NCBI RefSeq assembly: GCF_001194135.2
Contig: NC_068998.1
Coordinates: 33,480,538 to 33,544,537, forward strand
Direction of reading: 5' to 3'
Length of the DNA: 64,000 nucleotides
DNA from: Octopus bimaculoides
Taxonomy: Eukaryota
Below, one piece after another: positions 1 through 13,126 of this stretch. The notes under the pieces are model-generated. The model was not told the DNA's origin. It did no database searches and was given only the letters and a program-made list of their open reading frames with translations. The stretch's first letter is position 1, and each line of letters begins with the position of its first letter. The position numbers were made by a program, and so were the translations under genes.

Positions 1-42
<42 letters not shown>

Positions 43-309
43 ATATATACACACACATACACACACACAATATATATCTATTTCTCTACATATGTATATA
101 TGCGTGTATGTTTATTTGCCAGTTAATTATTGGCACTAGTTTATCTTTGTACAATCAATGGTCTATACAACACTCTCTTCCCATTTTAGATGTGGCAAGT
201 GTGAAGCAAATAAGTGACAGTAAATTAAACACTGACTGAACTTAGATGAAACTTATTTGAACTTACATCATATGTCATGCAAATGCCCGTGTAAACCTTC
301 TTTATAGAT

Positions 310-800
310 GCAGAATGCTGTCCCCCATCACTGTGTTCCCTCTTGCCACACCTTTCTCACCCTTAGAGCTGGCACACTCAACATGGACACATTGAAAGGG
401 AGGCCTTGGGAGATTGTTGAGATGCTGGAACAGAGGCATGTGATGCATCCAAGAAGTAAGATGGAGGGGAGCTTCTACCAGGTTCTTCACTGGCAAAGAA
501 CATAGTTATAAAATCTTCTGGGTAGCAAATAGTGATGAGGCTTGTGGTATGGACTACTTGCTGAGAAAGGAATAGTTAAGGCAATGGAGGTAGTCAGAGT
601 GTGTGCGAGACAGCAAGTATTATTTTTGCCTACACCTCTCAACTGGGGCTACTAGATGAACAGAAAGACTGATTTTATGCTACCCTTTTGCAGACTACCT
701 TGCTGACAAATGACAGTAAGCTTCTCTTCATGGCCGTGACTTCACTGGACGTGTTGGGCAGCACCAGTTAGTTTCATGATAGCACATCAGCAAATAGATT
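310..800 (+). mobile_element. RTE-clade LINE, 5' part: decayed AP-endonuclease domain
   Basis: Translation LRAGTLNMDTLKGRPWEIVEMLEQRHV, then after frameshifts RFFTGKEHSYKIFWVANSD, LDEQKD and a GDF(N)G-like tgacttcactggacgtgttggg. These match APE motifs; stops and frameshifts are present. Confidence 0.75.
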
Positions 801-1391
801 TCACTCTATTTGTATGTAAGTCATAGACCAAAGATTCAATTCATTTCAGTTTGATAAACCACAATAAGGGCAAAATATCAGTATCTACCACTTTTGGATT
901 TAATGCAAGATGAGTTGTCTCACCTGGTCTATGACATTTAGGTTTTCTCTAACCCTCAATGTTGTCCAGCGAGCTATTCCAGATGTTATTCCACAGCAAA
1001 TTCAGCATATAAACAAAACACATGCAGTGTGTATGAGAAATTGATAATATTTACATTACTACTGTTGCTTTCAATTCATAATTTAATATATATATATATA
1101 AATATTGTTTGTTCATTTCCTTTTGCATTCATTTTCCTAAGCGAGCATGGATATGTATTATTGAGGTACGACTTCACTGCTGGGTATCCTCCCTGTTTTT
1201 AAACCTGCCAAAAAAGGGTATTTTATTTCATGTGTCTTTGAAGGCAGAGATAATACATTAAAATGACAGCCATGTAACAATCCATACCTAAGGGATTTTC
1301 AGAAGAGCACAAATGCAAACATATAGACACATAAATGCATACAGACCTACACACATACAAACACAAACACACATGACACACATGCACGTAA

Positions 1392-1492
1392 TGGGCCTTT
1401 TTCAGTGTCTATCTAACACATTCATTTACAAAGCTACGGTCTGCCTGGCACTATAGTAGAAGACACTTTCCCAATGCACCACAGAGGCACTC
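1392..1492 (-). mobile_element. SINE family 1, 5' fragment
   Basis: Reverse complement of the ...cttgggcaagtgtcttctactatag...gaaactgaaagaagccc segment seen in the fuller copies at 3765 and 14032. Confidence 0.6.
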
Positions 1493-2019
1493 TGTATAAT
1501 AATGGTGTGCAGTACCTAGTAGTGCTGTTTTCTGTCCTGGAGATTTGTTTTATTTTATCATATCTTTATAAACAGTATATTGCTGTTTATGGAATCTATG
1601 CTTTCACAATCAATTCCCCATATCTCCACAGTGTTTTCTTTTAAAATTTTTTTGATAATGTCCTTTACCATTATCCTTGTAGGAAATATAATAAATAAGA
1701 GTTTTAATTCCTTCATTCATTATTTCATTATTGCTATTATTGAAATAGTATATTTATGAGAGAAAATAACCATATATAGAGAGGGAGAGACTGACAGATA
1801 ACTTCTAAGAAGATCAACTTGGCATCATGATGACCACTCCCTCATTCCCACTACTATTTTCCATTTGATGCATCAGGATCTGCCCCTTTGGTTGCTAAAG
1901 TGCAGGGCCAGCTTTGTAATTCTCCTGTGCTCAGACAGCATGATTTTCTTCTCTTCTCCCATTTGCTAGAACCTTCTCATTGTACCCATAACCTCATCTT
2001 ATTTTTCTTCTTCTCTCAA

Positions 2020-2175
2020 AGTAAGAAGAAAACAACTCGAAAAAAAATTTGCTGGAGAATACTGAATTTAAAAACTTTGTCGGAGGAAGAGGAACTGCTT
2101 GAAGTATACCCAATGGAGGGAACATCTTTTGAAGTGGACAGTTATACAGGAAAAGCAACAGGTCTGACTTGTAAC
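2020..2175 (+). mobile_element. Probable LINE ORF1 (gag-like) N-terminal fragment, frameshifted
   Basis: LLENTEFKNFVGGRGTA frameshifts into EVYPMEGTSFEVDSYTGKAT. It resembles a repetitive ORF1 type I recall rather than a host exon; from memory only. Confidence 0.3.
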
Positions 2176-3764
2176 ACATGTTTACGTCTTAGCAATCCAT
2201 CAAGCATTAACCCACTATCAGTGGTACACACAACTTTTACATGATATTCAGAACTTTGTGGAACTTAATTTCAAATGATAGCTGTGCAGTGTTTGAAAAC
2301 AAATAAGCAATTTAGTTATTTACATAATTTTCTCATAGAATGTATATCATTGTGCTAGGTTTTATCTAGTTTTATTGATTCACTATCTTTCTTATTGGTG
2401 TTATATACTGCCTAACTGCAACATTCACATAATACGGAATCTATTATATAAATATTAAGTGAAGATATTTGTGTTCATTTGGGATAGAGACTGTTCCCAG
2501 ATTGATTATCAGTTCACAGTGGAACCTTATCAATATGCTTTCTGACTGAAAGTTATCTGTTGCTTTAAAGTGACCATTCTTATTGACAAACTATTTGTAT
2601 TTGTTACAAGCATTCAGCTGCATCAATAGATTGCTAACAGTGAATGAAGCAGAAAGACACATTGACAAAAGAATAATGAAGCCATTACATCTATGTAACA
2701 TCAATTGTTTCATATGATACTTCATGTTCAGTATGACACTGCATATAAACAAAATAATAAACAAAGGGACATTTTGGATGAAACAGCTTCACAGTTATAG
2801 CTCAATGGCTAAAGTAACATTAATATAAAATGATTCTCTAGCTTCATTATAACTGCTATGAGATAGAGGCTTCTAATCAATAACACTGCCAGCCATTCCA
2901 AGAAGCTTGGGTTTTCTAACAATGTTAAGCTTAAATAATTACATGCGATTGTGTTCGCACATGTACAACACCAGGAAATAATGTATGGGTCATTTCACAT
3001 TAATCCCTTTAAAGGCTAAAAGTTGACAAAAGTGCACCAGATCAAAATTAACGCTTTGCAATTATAATATTTTCAATTATCAATTTCAAATCCTGTTGAA
3101 GTTTATAATAGGTTACAACTTTCTGGAGCATGTAAATATATTGAAATATATATTGAATTATATATACGTTTGATAAGACATAAATGTTGCATATTAACAG
3201 TATATTACAAGCATATAATATATTAGTTGTTCTAATAAAGCCCAGAACATGATTGCTGCTTATTTTATTGTAGTGAAAAGGATGAAGATGAAGAGTTATG
3301 TTAACTTAAACAGGATTTCAACTTAGGATGTAGACAGCAGAATAATATTGCAAAACAAAGTTTCTATTTGAGTGCAATGTGGCCTTAAATTTAAAAGTCA
3401 GTAACATATTTTATTAATTCCCTACCCCCTTTTGATACTTAGGTATAATTCTCACTTCCTGCTAATTTTAAACCTTTATGTCTTGAAATAACTTCTCACA
3501 TCATACACGAGTAGATATGCTGACTTATATTATGGCTATTACTAATGCTGATAATGGGATTCATGTTATGCCAGTTGTAAGCTGAATTATTGGGAAGAAT
3601 TCATGAATACCACACAGAACAAACCATGCTTTTATCCCAGTTAGAACCATTTCTAGTACTAAGTATCATTTGGGTTTTATTCTTGTTGCTTACCCCACAT
3701 GAGTTCTGAATGGGAAAATCTGTGAGCAAAACATGATGGCCATGGCTATTTCACATTGTATTCA

Positions 3765-4110
3765 TTAGTTCTAGGTTCAGTCCCACTGCATGGCATCTTG
3801 GGCAAATGTCTTCTACTATAGCCTCAGGCCAACCAAAGCCTTGTGAGTGGATTAGGTAGACAGAAACTGAAAGAAGCCCATCGTATATGTGTGTGTGTTT
3901 GCATGTCTGTGTTTGTCCTCCCGCCATCACTTGACAACCAATGTTGGTGTGGTTATGTCCCCGTAACTTAGCAGTTTGGCAAAAAAGACTGATAGAATAA
4001 ATACTAGGCTTACAAAGAATAAGTCCTGGGGTCAATTTGTTCAAATAAAAGGTGGTGATCCAGTATGGCCGCAGTCAAATGAGTGAAACAAGTAAAAGTG
4101 TAAAAGAGTA
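3765..4110 (+). mobile_element. tRNA-related SINE family 1 with internal microsatellite
   Basis: B-box-like ggttcagtccc, cttgggcaaatgtcttctactatagcc, internal (TG)n, and 3' half ...gcagtcaaatgagtgaaacaagtaaaag. Multiple homologous copies in the window. Confidence 0.85.
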
Positions 4111-4119
4111 ATTTAGGAT

Positions 4120-4290
4120 TACATTCATTATTTACATTTGACAGATATTTGTCCTCATCTTGTTTGTTGTTAACACAACGTTTCGGCTGATATACCCGCC
4201 AGCCTTCATCAGATGTCTTGGCGAAATTTCGAACCTGGGTTCTCATTCCTAAGGTACTTTTCGATGTTATTTTTATTATTATTGTTATTG
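4120..4290 (-). mobile_element. Penelope-like terminal repeat fragment
   Basis: Contains the ctgatgaaggctgg...cagccgaaacgttgtg hammerhead-type motif and abuts an (ATT)n run. Confidence 0.55.
4172..4217 (-). ncRNA. Minimal type I hammerhead ribozyme-like motif
   Basis: Minus strand GACAU-CUGAUGA-A-GGCUG(gcgggtatat)CAGCC-GAAACGUU-GUGUU. Stem I has 5 bp with G-U wobbles, stem II 5 bp, palindromic stem III ACGU, cleavage triplet GUU. Confidence 0.75.
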
Positions 4291-7094
4291 CTAACCACTA
4301 CACCATATGCCCGGGGGCATATGTTTCATTTTCATGTATAATGTATCTAGAATTACATTGTTTGATTGATATTTAAGCTGGTAGTTTATGCATCAATGTC
4401 ATTTCTTACAGGCTAAGTGATCCCATAGAGACTTCCTAATTAGCTCGTATCATTTACTTGTGTAGGGTATTGCATAATAGTCTGGATGGCTTTGAAGATC
4501 ATTTGAAGATAATGGTTGTAGTTGGGGGAGGGGTAATGAGAATGATAACAATGGTCACTACCAACAATCATCTTCATCATCATAGTCATCCCCGCCTCTT
4601 TTTTTCCCCTGTCTTGAACTTTGTCTGAGTGTCAACCTAATACATTCCCTGTGTACGCCCTTTTGAGTTTTGTTGTTTACTTGTGTTTGTTTTTATTTTT
4701 GCTTTTATTTTTGATTTGCTCATTACTGGAATCTACTGATACATGAATGTTATATGTTGTATATTTAAATATTTATTTGACAATTATGTAGTCTGGAGAA
4801 ATGCTGTTTATATCCTTGTTGAACAACTGCAAGTTGACAGCTGTAAAAAAGATAGGGTGGGGGAGACAATTCCAGCAGATTCTCAAAGGAGTGGAGCAGA
4901 ACTGGGTCTTTAGTGTTCTGGGGATTGGAATTACCATTAAAGCAGTTACAAGCACCACTGCTATCACAACCTTCACTGCTGCTTCTACTGGTTTTCTCAC
5001 TTTTCACTGATCTCAGTCATCACAAGCAGTATTATTGTCATTAATAGTTAAACTTCTGAGATGAATTGCCATAATTAAAATTTTCCTGGATGGTAATTCA
5101 TTTATTTTATGTATCCAGTTTATTTCCAGGCATTCAGTGAATATCTAATGTGCCAGGATAGATTTCTAACTTTTATTGGGAAACAGAAAGTGTTAATGTC
5201 CTAATCCACTAAGACACTGCCATATACACAATAATTAGTGTATTTAAAGTTATTTATGAATCCAGTTTTTACAATAATGTCAAATGCATTCAGTTTATTA
5301 TAGTGCCCATAGTAAACCCTTAATATTTGGATTATGAATGAGCATCATTACTTATATGTATTTCCTTTACTTGCCTGAGTTTCTACAGTGTTTCTTTATA
5401 CATAATGGAAATCTCTTTCCATAACGTTTAGGATTCCCATCTTGAAGCATGTGTTTAGCCATTTCTGATTCTGATATTTCTCCTTTTGTTAGAATTTCCT
5501 CTATTATGACTATTAATGACTAATTTCTTCTTTGTGTGACTTTCCACAAATGCATGAAATATAATAAATGCAGTTCTTTAGTTTTTAACACCTGTGACTC
5601 AGTTTTACTCTAAGAAAGAATCTGAAGCATCTTGGATTTTGTTCTGATATATTTCCCAAATTCTCTGTCTTCCTTTTTAGTTAGACCCTTATGGTGAGGT
5701 AGAGTCTTAATGGGTTCCAGCTTAGTTTCCTCTCCATACTTGTCTTATATGATCGACTATATATTTGCTTCTGAGGAAGATTTTCTTCAGATAGTTGCTG
5801 TACTTTATATATTTATATTCACTGGCACAGATATTTTGTCTTATATTTAGGCACTTTGGAATGTCATTCTTGTTATTGCACTCTACATGTGATGAAACTT
5901 ATAGTGAAACTAAAAACATGCTGCTGTTGATTTACGTTGTCATATACTTGAATAATGATTTCCAAAGAGGGCCCCATTACACATTGGTATGATCCAAAAC
6001 ACAGCTAAGTCTACTGTGAAAATAATACAATTATATATAAAAATGTGCAAAAATACAAACTGAGATTCTGAATATAGCATTTTGATAAATATATTTCATT
6101 TATTGAATAAAGAAGTAAGTACTTAATCTTTGTAAGTGATTTAAATTCTTTATATATACTATAAATATCTTTGTTAGATATATATTTTGACTTCATGCAC
6201 AAAGTGCACCAAAATATTTTTATTTGGTCTTAAGTGCTTTAGTACCATTTTACAAGAAGAATGTAAGAGTTCAAAGGTATAATACTTGATTATAACTGTA
6301 GATTGGTTTGACTGAAATATTGCATAAATGGAAATATGAAAGTAAACGATAATAGATGTTTATCTCAGTTTATTTGTTGTAGAAATAACTGTAAAATATA
6401 TTTCCCTGAAATAGTTGCTAGAAAGTTCTCATGCATTTATTAATTGATATAATTAAATAATATTATTTTGGTCTTGTATGTTATTTAATTCATTAATATT
6501 AAGTATGGTGAAGCAGCCCTTATAGTCTATAGAGTTGAAGATAACTTTTTCTTCTGATTTGGCATAAGGTCAATTTTTCAGAAGAATGGATATAATTATT
6601 TAATCACACTCATCACAATATATTACGGGCATTTTGTTATTGACTCCAAAGATAAGGAAGGTAAAATCAGTCCCAATGGAGTCTGAGCTCATTTTGTTTA
6701 GAGATAAAACCATATACTATATGGCCTTTAGTCAGATGGGTGCTAACTCATTACCCTTGTACACTTAAGATAGTGATTTCTTTATTTGAAGCATGGCCAG
6801 TTTTTGTGAAGAAAAGTTTAGTAGACTAAATTCACTCAATTATTGGTTCTTGTGTCCCCACACAAAAGAGAAGAGATACAAAGCTGACTTAGCAGAATTT
6901 AATTGCAGAATTTTGGACAGTAGACCTAACCAGTCACTTGATTTAATGTTGCCACCTTGCACTCGGATGCCTTTAGCAAAGTATAACGTTTTGAAAACAT
7001 TTGAATCAGTTACTTGGACTGAGAATAACATCCTCCCACCAGTCTCAAAGGCTCTGAAAACTATCAGAATGGTGTAATTTTTTCTCTGGTCAGG

Positions 7095-7096
<2 letters not shown>

Positions 7097-7165
<69 letters not shown>
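7097..7165. repeat. (TA)n(TG)n compound microsatellite
   Basis: Direct reading. Confidence 0.95.
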
Positions 7166-7167
<2 letters not shown>

Positions 7168-9674
7168 CATAAAGAAACCTAGACAGCCAAAACTAAATTA
7201 TCTAAAGTATTTATCACTGTCCTTGCTTAGTTTATAATAATAGAAGAGACCAAGGAACAGTTTCAGTACCATTTCTGTAAGTGGTGATGTTGAATTCTTT
7301 CAACCCATTGAGTTTTTGACACGTATCTCGAAATGTCATCCTGTAATGTATGTAGCCAGTTCATATTAAGGTAGGAGCTATGCATGCTGCAGGTCTGGAG
7401 ACCAAACGCCTTTCAGGACCTTGAATAATATAATAAAAGTAGGGCCCACTTCTTTGGTATAGCACCTAGGCTTTGAACATTTAAAACTCCAAATGGATAT
7501 CACATGTGGATTTGAAATGAAATCTGCAACTTTTAAAAATGCTCATAAACTTTATAGTGCTCATACTGCTTAAAGCAAGGAACTGAAGCAGCACGTGTTT
7601 CTAATTAATATGGGCTAAGACAGTTAAAAGCAGGGTTTGTCACAGGATATGAATCACTAAACTTTGCCTTCTACTACAAAACAGTATTGATTTGGCATGC
7701 TTAAACTTACTTTGAGGTATAGTAATCAATAAACTCCATTAGATATCAGGAAATTGTCTTTCTTTTTCATAGAATTTTCTAATAGTAATTAAGTGGGTAG
7801 AGATATTCACAATTGAAACACAATGCAAAAATTAGCCTGACCTGCTCAGTCTGTGATGAGCTGCAAAACTAATGTTTCAAAAGATTTTTCTGAGTAGTTG
7901 CAGTCAAAAATTTTGGATTTCTGACAACAAAACTATGTCTATCTATCAAGTTAATGGGAATATTGGCAAACTTGAATTTGCACCACTAATAGCCTGATGA
8001 GAAAACAATAGAATAATAGTCAACTAAATGGGAGAAAAGATGAAAATCTCAAAGACATTGTGGTCTGTTGTCAGAAGTCTTAATATAAATATTTATATTA
8101 ATCAAACAAAGCTTCAAACGACCTTCTATCCATTTTATTTCAATTTGCTTTTATTTGTATTTCTTTTTAAATACATCATATCTAAGGAAATCTGCCAACA
8201 TGTATGTAAAGTCATATTTAATTTTTTTTTATCTCAGTTTCTTTCTTTTTTTTTTACATCTGCAACAAGAAATATTTGACTTTTCAATTTTGTTGTTCAA
8301 AGGAACCAGAAATTATTGTTTTCAAAAGTTCAAAAAGACACTCATTTTGATTATGAAGCTGTAGTTTTGCAAATATTGACTTGGCAGATTTGTGTGATTC
8401 TACCTCTCTGATAAAGCTTCTACTTTGCTTTGGAATGGAATCTGCATTTATTTTATTTTACTTCAAATTGGAACATTTCATACTTTTATTTTCCTTTTTA
8501 TTTGTTGTAAATAATAGAGTTGATATTCGATGTATTAAAATGGACTTCAAAATGATTCCATGTATAGACTTCGCTTGGCACTAGCAATTCTGTCTACAGA
8601 TTTAGATTCTATAGAAAAGGAATAATTTTATTTCATAACAAAACATTTTTGTTCTAACCTTCTATTTTCATATATATATGTGAATTTATCAAGTTTTCAC
8701 TAAAGCTTCCTCAGTCGTTCTTAATACAATAAACAATTACAATACTATACAATAAACCTTTAGTTCAGATTGCAAATGCTTCTCACTTGCAATGCCTTTT
8801 ATACTTACTAACAGAAAATAATTCATCTATATTTACCCTGTTGACTTGTCTGCTGCCTAATTATAATTGAAGGAACATATGAACAGAATTAATAGATATG
8901 TGTTATGACTGAATAAATAATAAAGTTATTGGTAAGGTCCATTTGCAGTTTCAAATGAGAATGTTTAATGATAATCTATAGCAAGGAATAGCAGAAGTTA
9001 CCAGTTCTACTTTTGAATAGAGAGTGAATTAGGGTTGAATAAGAATGATATACTACAGTGTGAAGGAAAGACAGAATGGTAGATGCACCGAAGTAGATAT
9101 ATTCTAGTCTGTATAGTGAAGGCATGTTTGTCAAAAGAGGTTAGCATGTGTATAAACAAAGACAGATAGATAAAGGGATGAGGAATATCGAATGTCAGAT
9201 ACTTTCATCCTCTAGCGAACCATCAGTACTGGCTAGAGTTCTAAGGTAGCAAGAGTGGGAGGGAGTGAACTACGATGGTAATAAAGTAATTAGAAAAGAT
9301 AATAAAGATCTCAAATTATAGTGAGCATGATACTACAAGAGGTGAGTGGAGATATGAGTTTATTATTCATTTAAACATGGAACTGTGATCCTTCCTTCTA
9401 ATCCTTCCTTCATTTTTGACAATCTGGAATTTACTAATATCCTTGATTGGGGATATTTTTTCATTTTTACATTTTTCTGACTTCTTCCACTCTGATAATA
9501 GAATATTCAGCTTATGGAATCCTTACTCAATATCACAACTCGCATCTTGGTTATTCTAGAAACAGTTGTAATATGTTTATATTCTCTATCTAGATAAAGT
9601 GTTTTTTTCAAGTGATGCCAAATGTTTTGCTTTTACATTTTTTATTTTAATCTCTCTCTATATATAATTTGGTA

Positions 9675-11670
9675 CGCACAAGCGTAAGTGCAGAGGAACC
9701 AAGGATCAACTCCTGGTAGACAAAACTGTACTTGGAGATTGCAAGAGAAGGAAAACTAACTTAGCCATGTCATGGATCAATTATCGTAAGGCATATAATA
9801 TGATCCCACATTCTTGGATTATGGAATGTATGAACCTGTTTGGTATTGCATTGAATGTTGAGTGATTGCTTGGAAAAAGTATGGCAAAGTAGAGGATGGA
9901 ACTATTAGCATATGGAAAAAGTTTAGGGACAGCAGAAATCAGGAGAGGCATCTTCCAAGGCGACTGCCTGTCGCCACTGATCTTTGTACTGTGCATGAAA
10001 CCACAAACACTGATTCTAAGGAAAGCAAAGGCTGGGTATGTATTCAAGAGCCACCAACAAAGAGTCAACCACTTGTTATTCATGGATAACCTCAAACTTT
10101 ATGGTAAAGATGAATCCCAAGTCAGTTCCCTTGTTGATACAGTGTATACTTTCAGTGATGATATCAGAATGGAGTTCAGACTGAGAAAATGTGGTGTGTT
10201 AGTCTTGAAGAGAGGCAAAATCAAATGTATGGATGAGCTAGTGATACCATCAGGGGAGGTTATGAAGCAGATAAAAGAGACGCGCCAAAAGTATTTGGGG
10301 GTATTGGAAATGGATAAATTGATGGGGAAAGAAATAACTGAAAAATTTAAGGTAAAGTACTTGTGCAGACTGAGACTGATCTTTAAGTAGAAATTAAACA
10401 GACAGAATAGGATTGAAACTATTAACAACTGGGCGGTTTCACTCCTTAGATATGGAGCAGGGGTAATTGCATGGACAATAGATGAACTAAACAGCTTAGA
10501 CAGAAAGACAAGGAAGTTGTTGACTAGATATGGGATACTCCACTCAAAAAGTGACAGACAGACTGTATGTACCAAGAAAAAGAGGGGGAAAGGGCTGATT
10601 GGATGCAAACACATCATTAGAACAGAAGAAAATGACATAACATGGTATGTAAAGAATGCTACAGAACCGCTATTATTGGAAGGTCAGGCTCGGGTAGGAT
10701 GGGAGATTTCAAAGATAAAGTACTGTACAAGCACTTGAGAAGGAATGAAACTGAAAATAGGTGGATAAAGAAAAGAATGCCTGGACAATTTCATAGGGAT
10801 GTTTAAGATTAGACAGACAGAGAAAAAAGATGGCTGTGGATGACTAAAAGTGATTTAAAACCAGAAATGGAGACTCTAATCTGTGCTGCCCAAGAGAAAG
10901 CATTAAGAACCAATTACATCAAATACAGAATAGATAACAAATCAGAAAGTGATTAGTGCAGAATTTGTGGACAAAATGGTGAAACCATATGGCATATTAC
11001 CAGTCAATGTACCCCACTAGCCCAGAATTAATATAAGTGACATCAAAACAACATAGCAAGGATTGTCCATTGGACACTTTGTAACAAAAATGGACTTGAC
11101 AGGACAAAAAAGTGGTATGAACATAAATCTGAAGGCATCATTGAAAATGATAATGCAAATATCCTACGTAATTTTATGATTCAGTGTGACCATAAGATAG
11201 AGAACCGGAAACCAGACATAGTGTTAATTGACAAAGAAAGCAAACAATGCTGGATCACAGATATAGCATGCACAGCTGACTACAAGGTATGTGATAAGGA
11301 AGAAAGAAAAGTCGATAGATATGACAGGTTAGCTTGGGAGGTTAAGCAGTTGTGGTTGCTGAAAAAGGTGGTAGTAGTACTAATAATTGTCAGAGCCCTG
11401 GGAAGAGTGAGTAAAGATTTTGAGAAGTACATGGAACAAATAGAGGCTGAAATAATGGTGGAGCACTTGCAGAAAACAGCACTGCTTGGAACCGCTCGAA
11501 TACTCCAGATGGTGCGGTGCTCGAAAAATAAGGAGTGTTACCTTAATTCACTGGTAGTGAACAGCTGACACTGTAGTACATCTCCAGCATTAGAAGCTGT
11601 GCAAAGACAATGAAATAATAATAATAATAATAATAACAATAACAATAACAATAACAATAATAATAATAAT
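9675..11670 (+). mobile_element. R4/Dong-clade non-LTR retrotransposon, 5'-truncated and inactive (RT + CCHC + restriction-like endonuclease)
   Basis: [56 protein letters not shown], zinc knuckle CRICGQNGETIWHITSQC, RLE motif NRKPDIVLIDK...ITDIAC. Short 3'UTR then a (TAA)n/(CAATAA)n tail; internal stops. Confidence 0.9.
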
Positions 11671-11689
11671 ACAAGCTAAAATTCTTCAA

Positions 11690-12453
11690 AAAGGTTTTGA
11701 CCCTAAATGCTGATTCTGGAACACATTTGATGAAACAGTAGACCACCTAATCTCGGGATGTCCTGTGCTGACGCCAAACAAATACAAAAATCTCCACGAT
11801 AGGGTATGACAGTATTTACATTGGAAAACATGTAAACACTACAAAATCAGCACTCCTGTTTACTGGTATGAACATCATCCTGAGCCAGTCGTTGAAGGTA
11901 GAAATGTCACTATCCTCTGGGATTTTCCAGTCAATACTGACAGAACAATCCAGGCAAATTGACCAGACATAAGTATTAAAGACAGGGAAGAAAATACTTG
12001 TAGACTAATAGATGTAAATGTTCCCACTGATAAAAATATATCTCTAAAAGAATTTGACAAATTAAGTAAATATAAGGACTTGGAAATTAAAATACAAAAA
12101 ATGTGGCATCTTAAAGGGAAAACTGTTCCTGTTATTGTAAGTGCTCTAGGTATAATAAAAAAGGGGATGCCAGAAACATCTAGATAAGATCCCGGGAGAA
12201 GCATCCCGGGAGAAGCATCCCGGGAGAAGATTGTGTCACAAGTACTGCCCACATACTTAGAAAAACCCTATCCATTTAAATGTCTGTGTTGTATTACATG
12301 AAGATATCTTGCTACTGCTATTGCCACTTCCCCTCCCCAAGCTTTCAGTCATATTGTAACATCTCTTATACTTCACTCGCTCCAGAATGCTGGATGCGTC
12401 TCGGCAAGTGATTGTAACAAACATGCAGATTAAAATTTAAAAATAATAATAAT
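11690..12453 (+). mobile_element. Second, divergent R4/Dong-clade 3' fragment (CCHC + RLE + 3'UTR)
   Basis: DETVDHLISGCPVL...HDRV, TILWDFPVNTDRTIQAN*PDI, CRLIDVNVPTD, KLSKYKDLEI, VPVIVSALG. Ends in (TAA)n. Confidence 0.85.
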
Positions 12454-12670
12454 AATCCTTTCCTCTAAATGCACAAAGCCGGAAATCTGGGGGAGAGGGA
12501 TATTTGGTTACATCGACCCCAGTGTTCAACTGGTACTTATTTCATCGATCCTGAAAGAATGAAAGGCATTGTCAACCTCAGCAAAATTTGAACTCCGAAA
12601 GTCAAGGTGGACAAAATGCCACTAAGCATTTTTCCTGGCATGCTAAGAATTCTGCCAGCTTGCTGACTTA
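12445..12670 (-). mobile_element. tRNA-related SINE family 2, copy 1 of tandem trio
   Basis: Minus strand ...ctggcagaattcttagcatgccagg...gagttcaaattttgctgaggttgac...aagtaccagttgaacactggggtcgat, with an (ATT)n tail. Confidence 0.85.
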
Positions 12671-12677
12671 AAGCATA

Positions 12678-12886
12678 GTGATAATCCTTTCTACTATAGG
12701 GACAAAACCTGAAATTTGGAGGGATTACATCAACTCCATTGCTCAAATGGTACTTATTTCTTTGCCTCCTAAAGGATCAATGGTAAAGTTGATGTCAGTT
12801 GAATTTGAAGTCAGAAGATAAAGATGGATGAAATACCACTAAGCATTTTGCTCAGCACACTAATGATTTTGTCAACTATCTGCCTA
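12678..12886 (-). mobile_element. SINE family 2, copy 2
   Basis: Homologous to the copies at 12445 and 12897. Confidence 0.8.
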
Positions 12887-12896
12887 AATATTGATT

Positions 12897-13126
12897 ATAA
12901 TAATGATAATAATCCTTTCTATGAAAGACACAAGGCCTTAAATTTTGAGGGAGGAGACTAGTCGATTACATCGACCCTAGTGTTTCACTGGTACTTAATA
13001 TACCGACCCTCAAAGGATGAAAGCAAAGTCGATCTCAGTGGAATTTGAACTCAGAACATAAAGATGGGCAACATGCCAGTAAGCATATTGCCTGGCATGC
13101 TAACGATTCTGCCAGCCTGCCACATT
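12897..13126 (-). mobile_element. SINE family 2, copy 3
   Basis: Head ggcaggctggcagaatcgttagcatgccagg; B-box-like gagttcaaattcc. Confidence 0.85.

Noticed and set aside
4765-5750. Overlapping short ORFs at 4765-5010 and faint endonuclease/RT-like words on minus at 5100-5750
   Set aside because: Too decayed to assign; probably old retroelement debris, but no motif is convincing.
9216-9341. Segment bounded by a good acceptor and a gtgagt donor
   Set aside because: Stops in all three frames and no other support.
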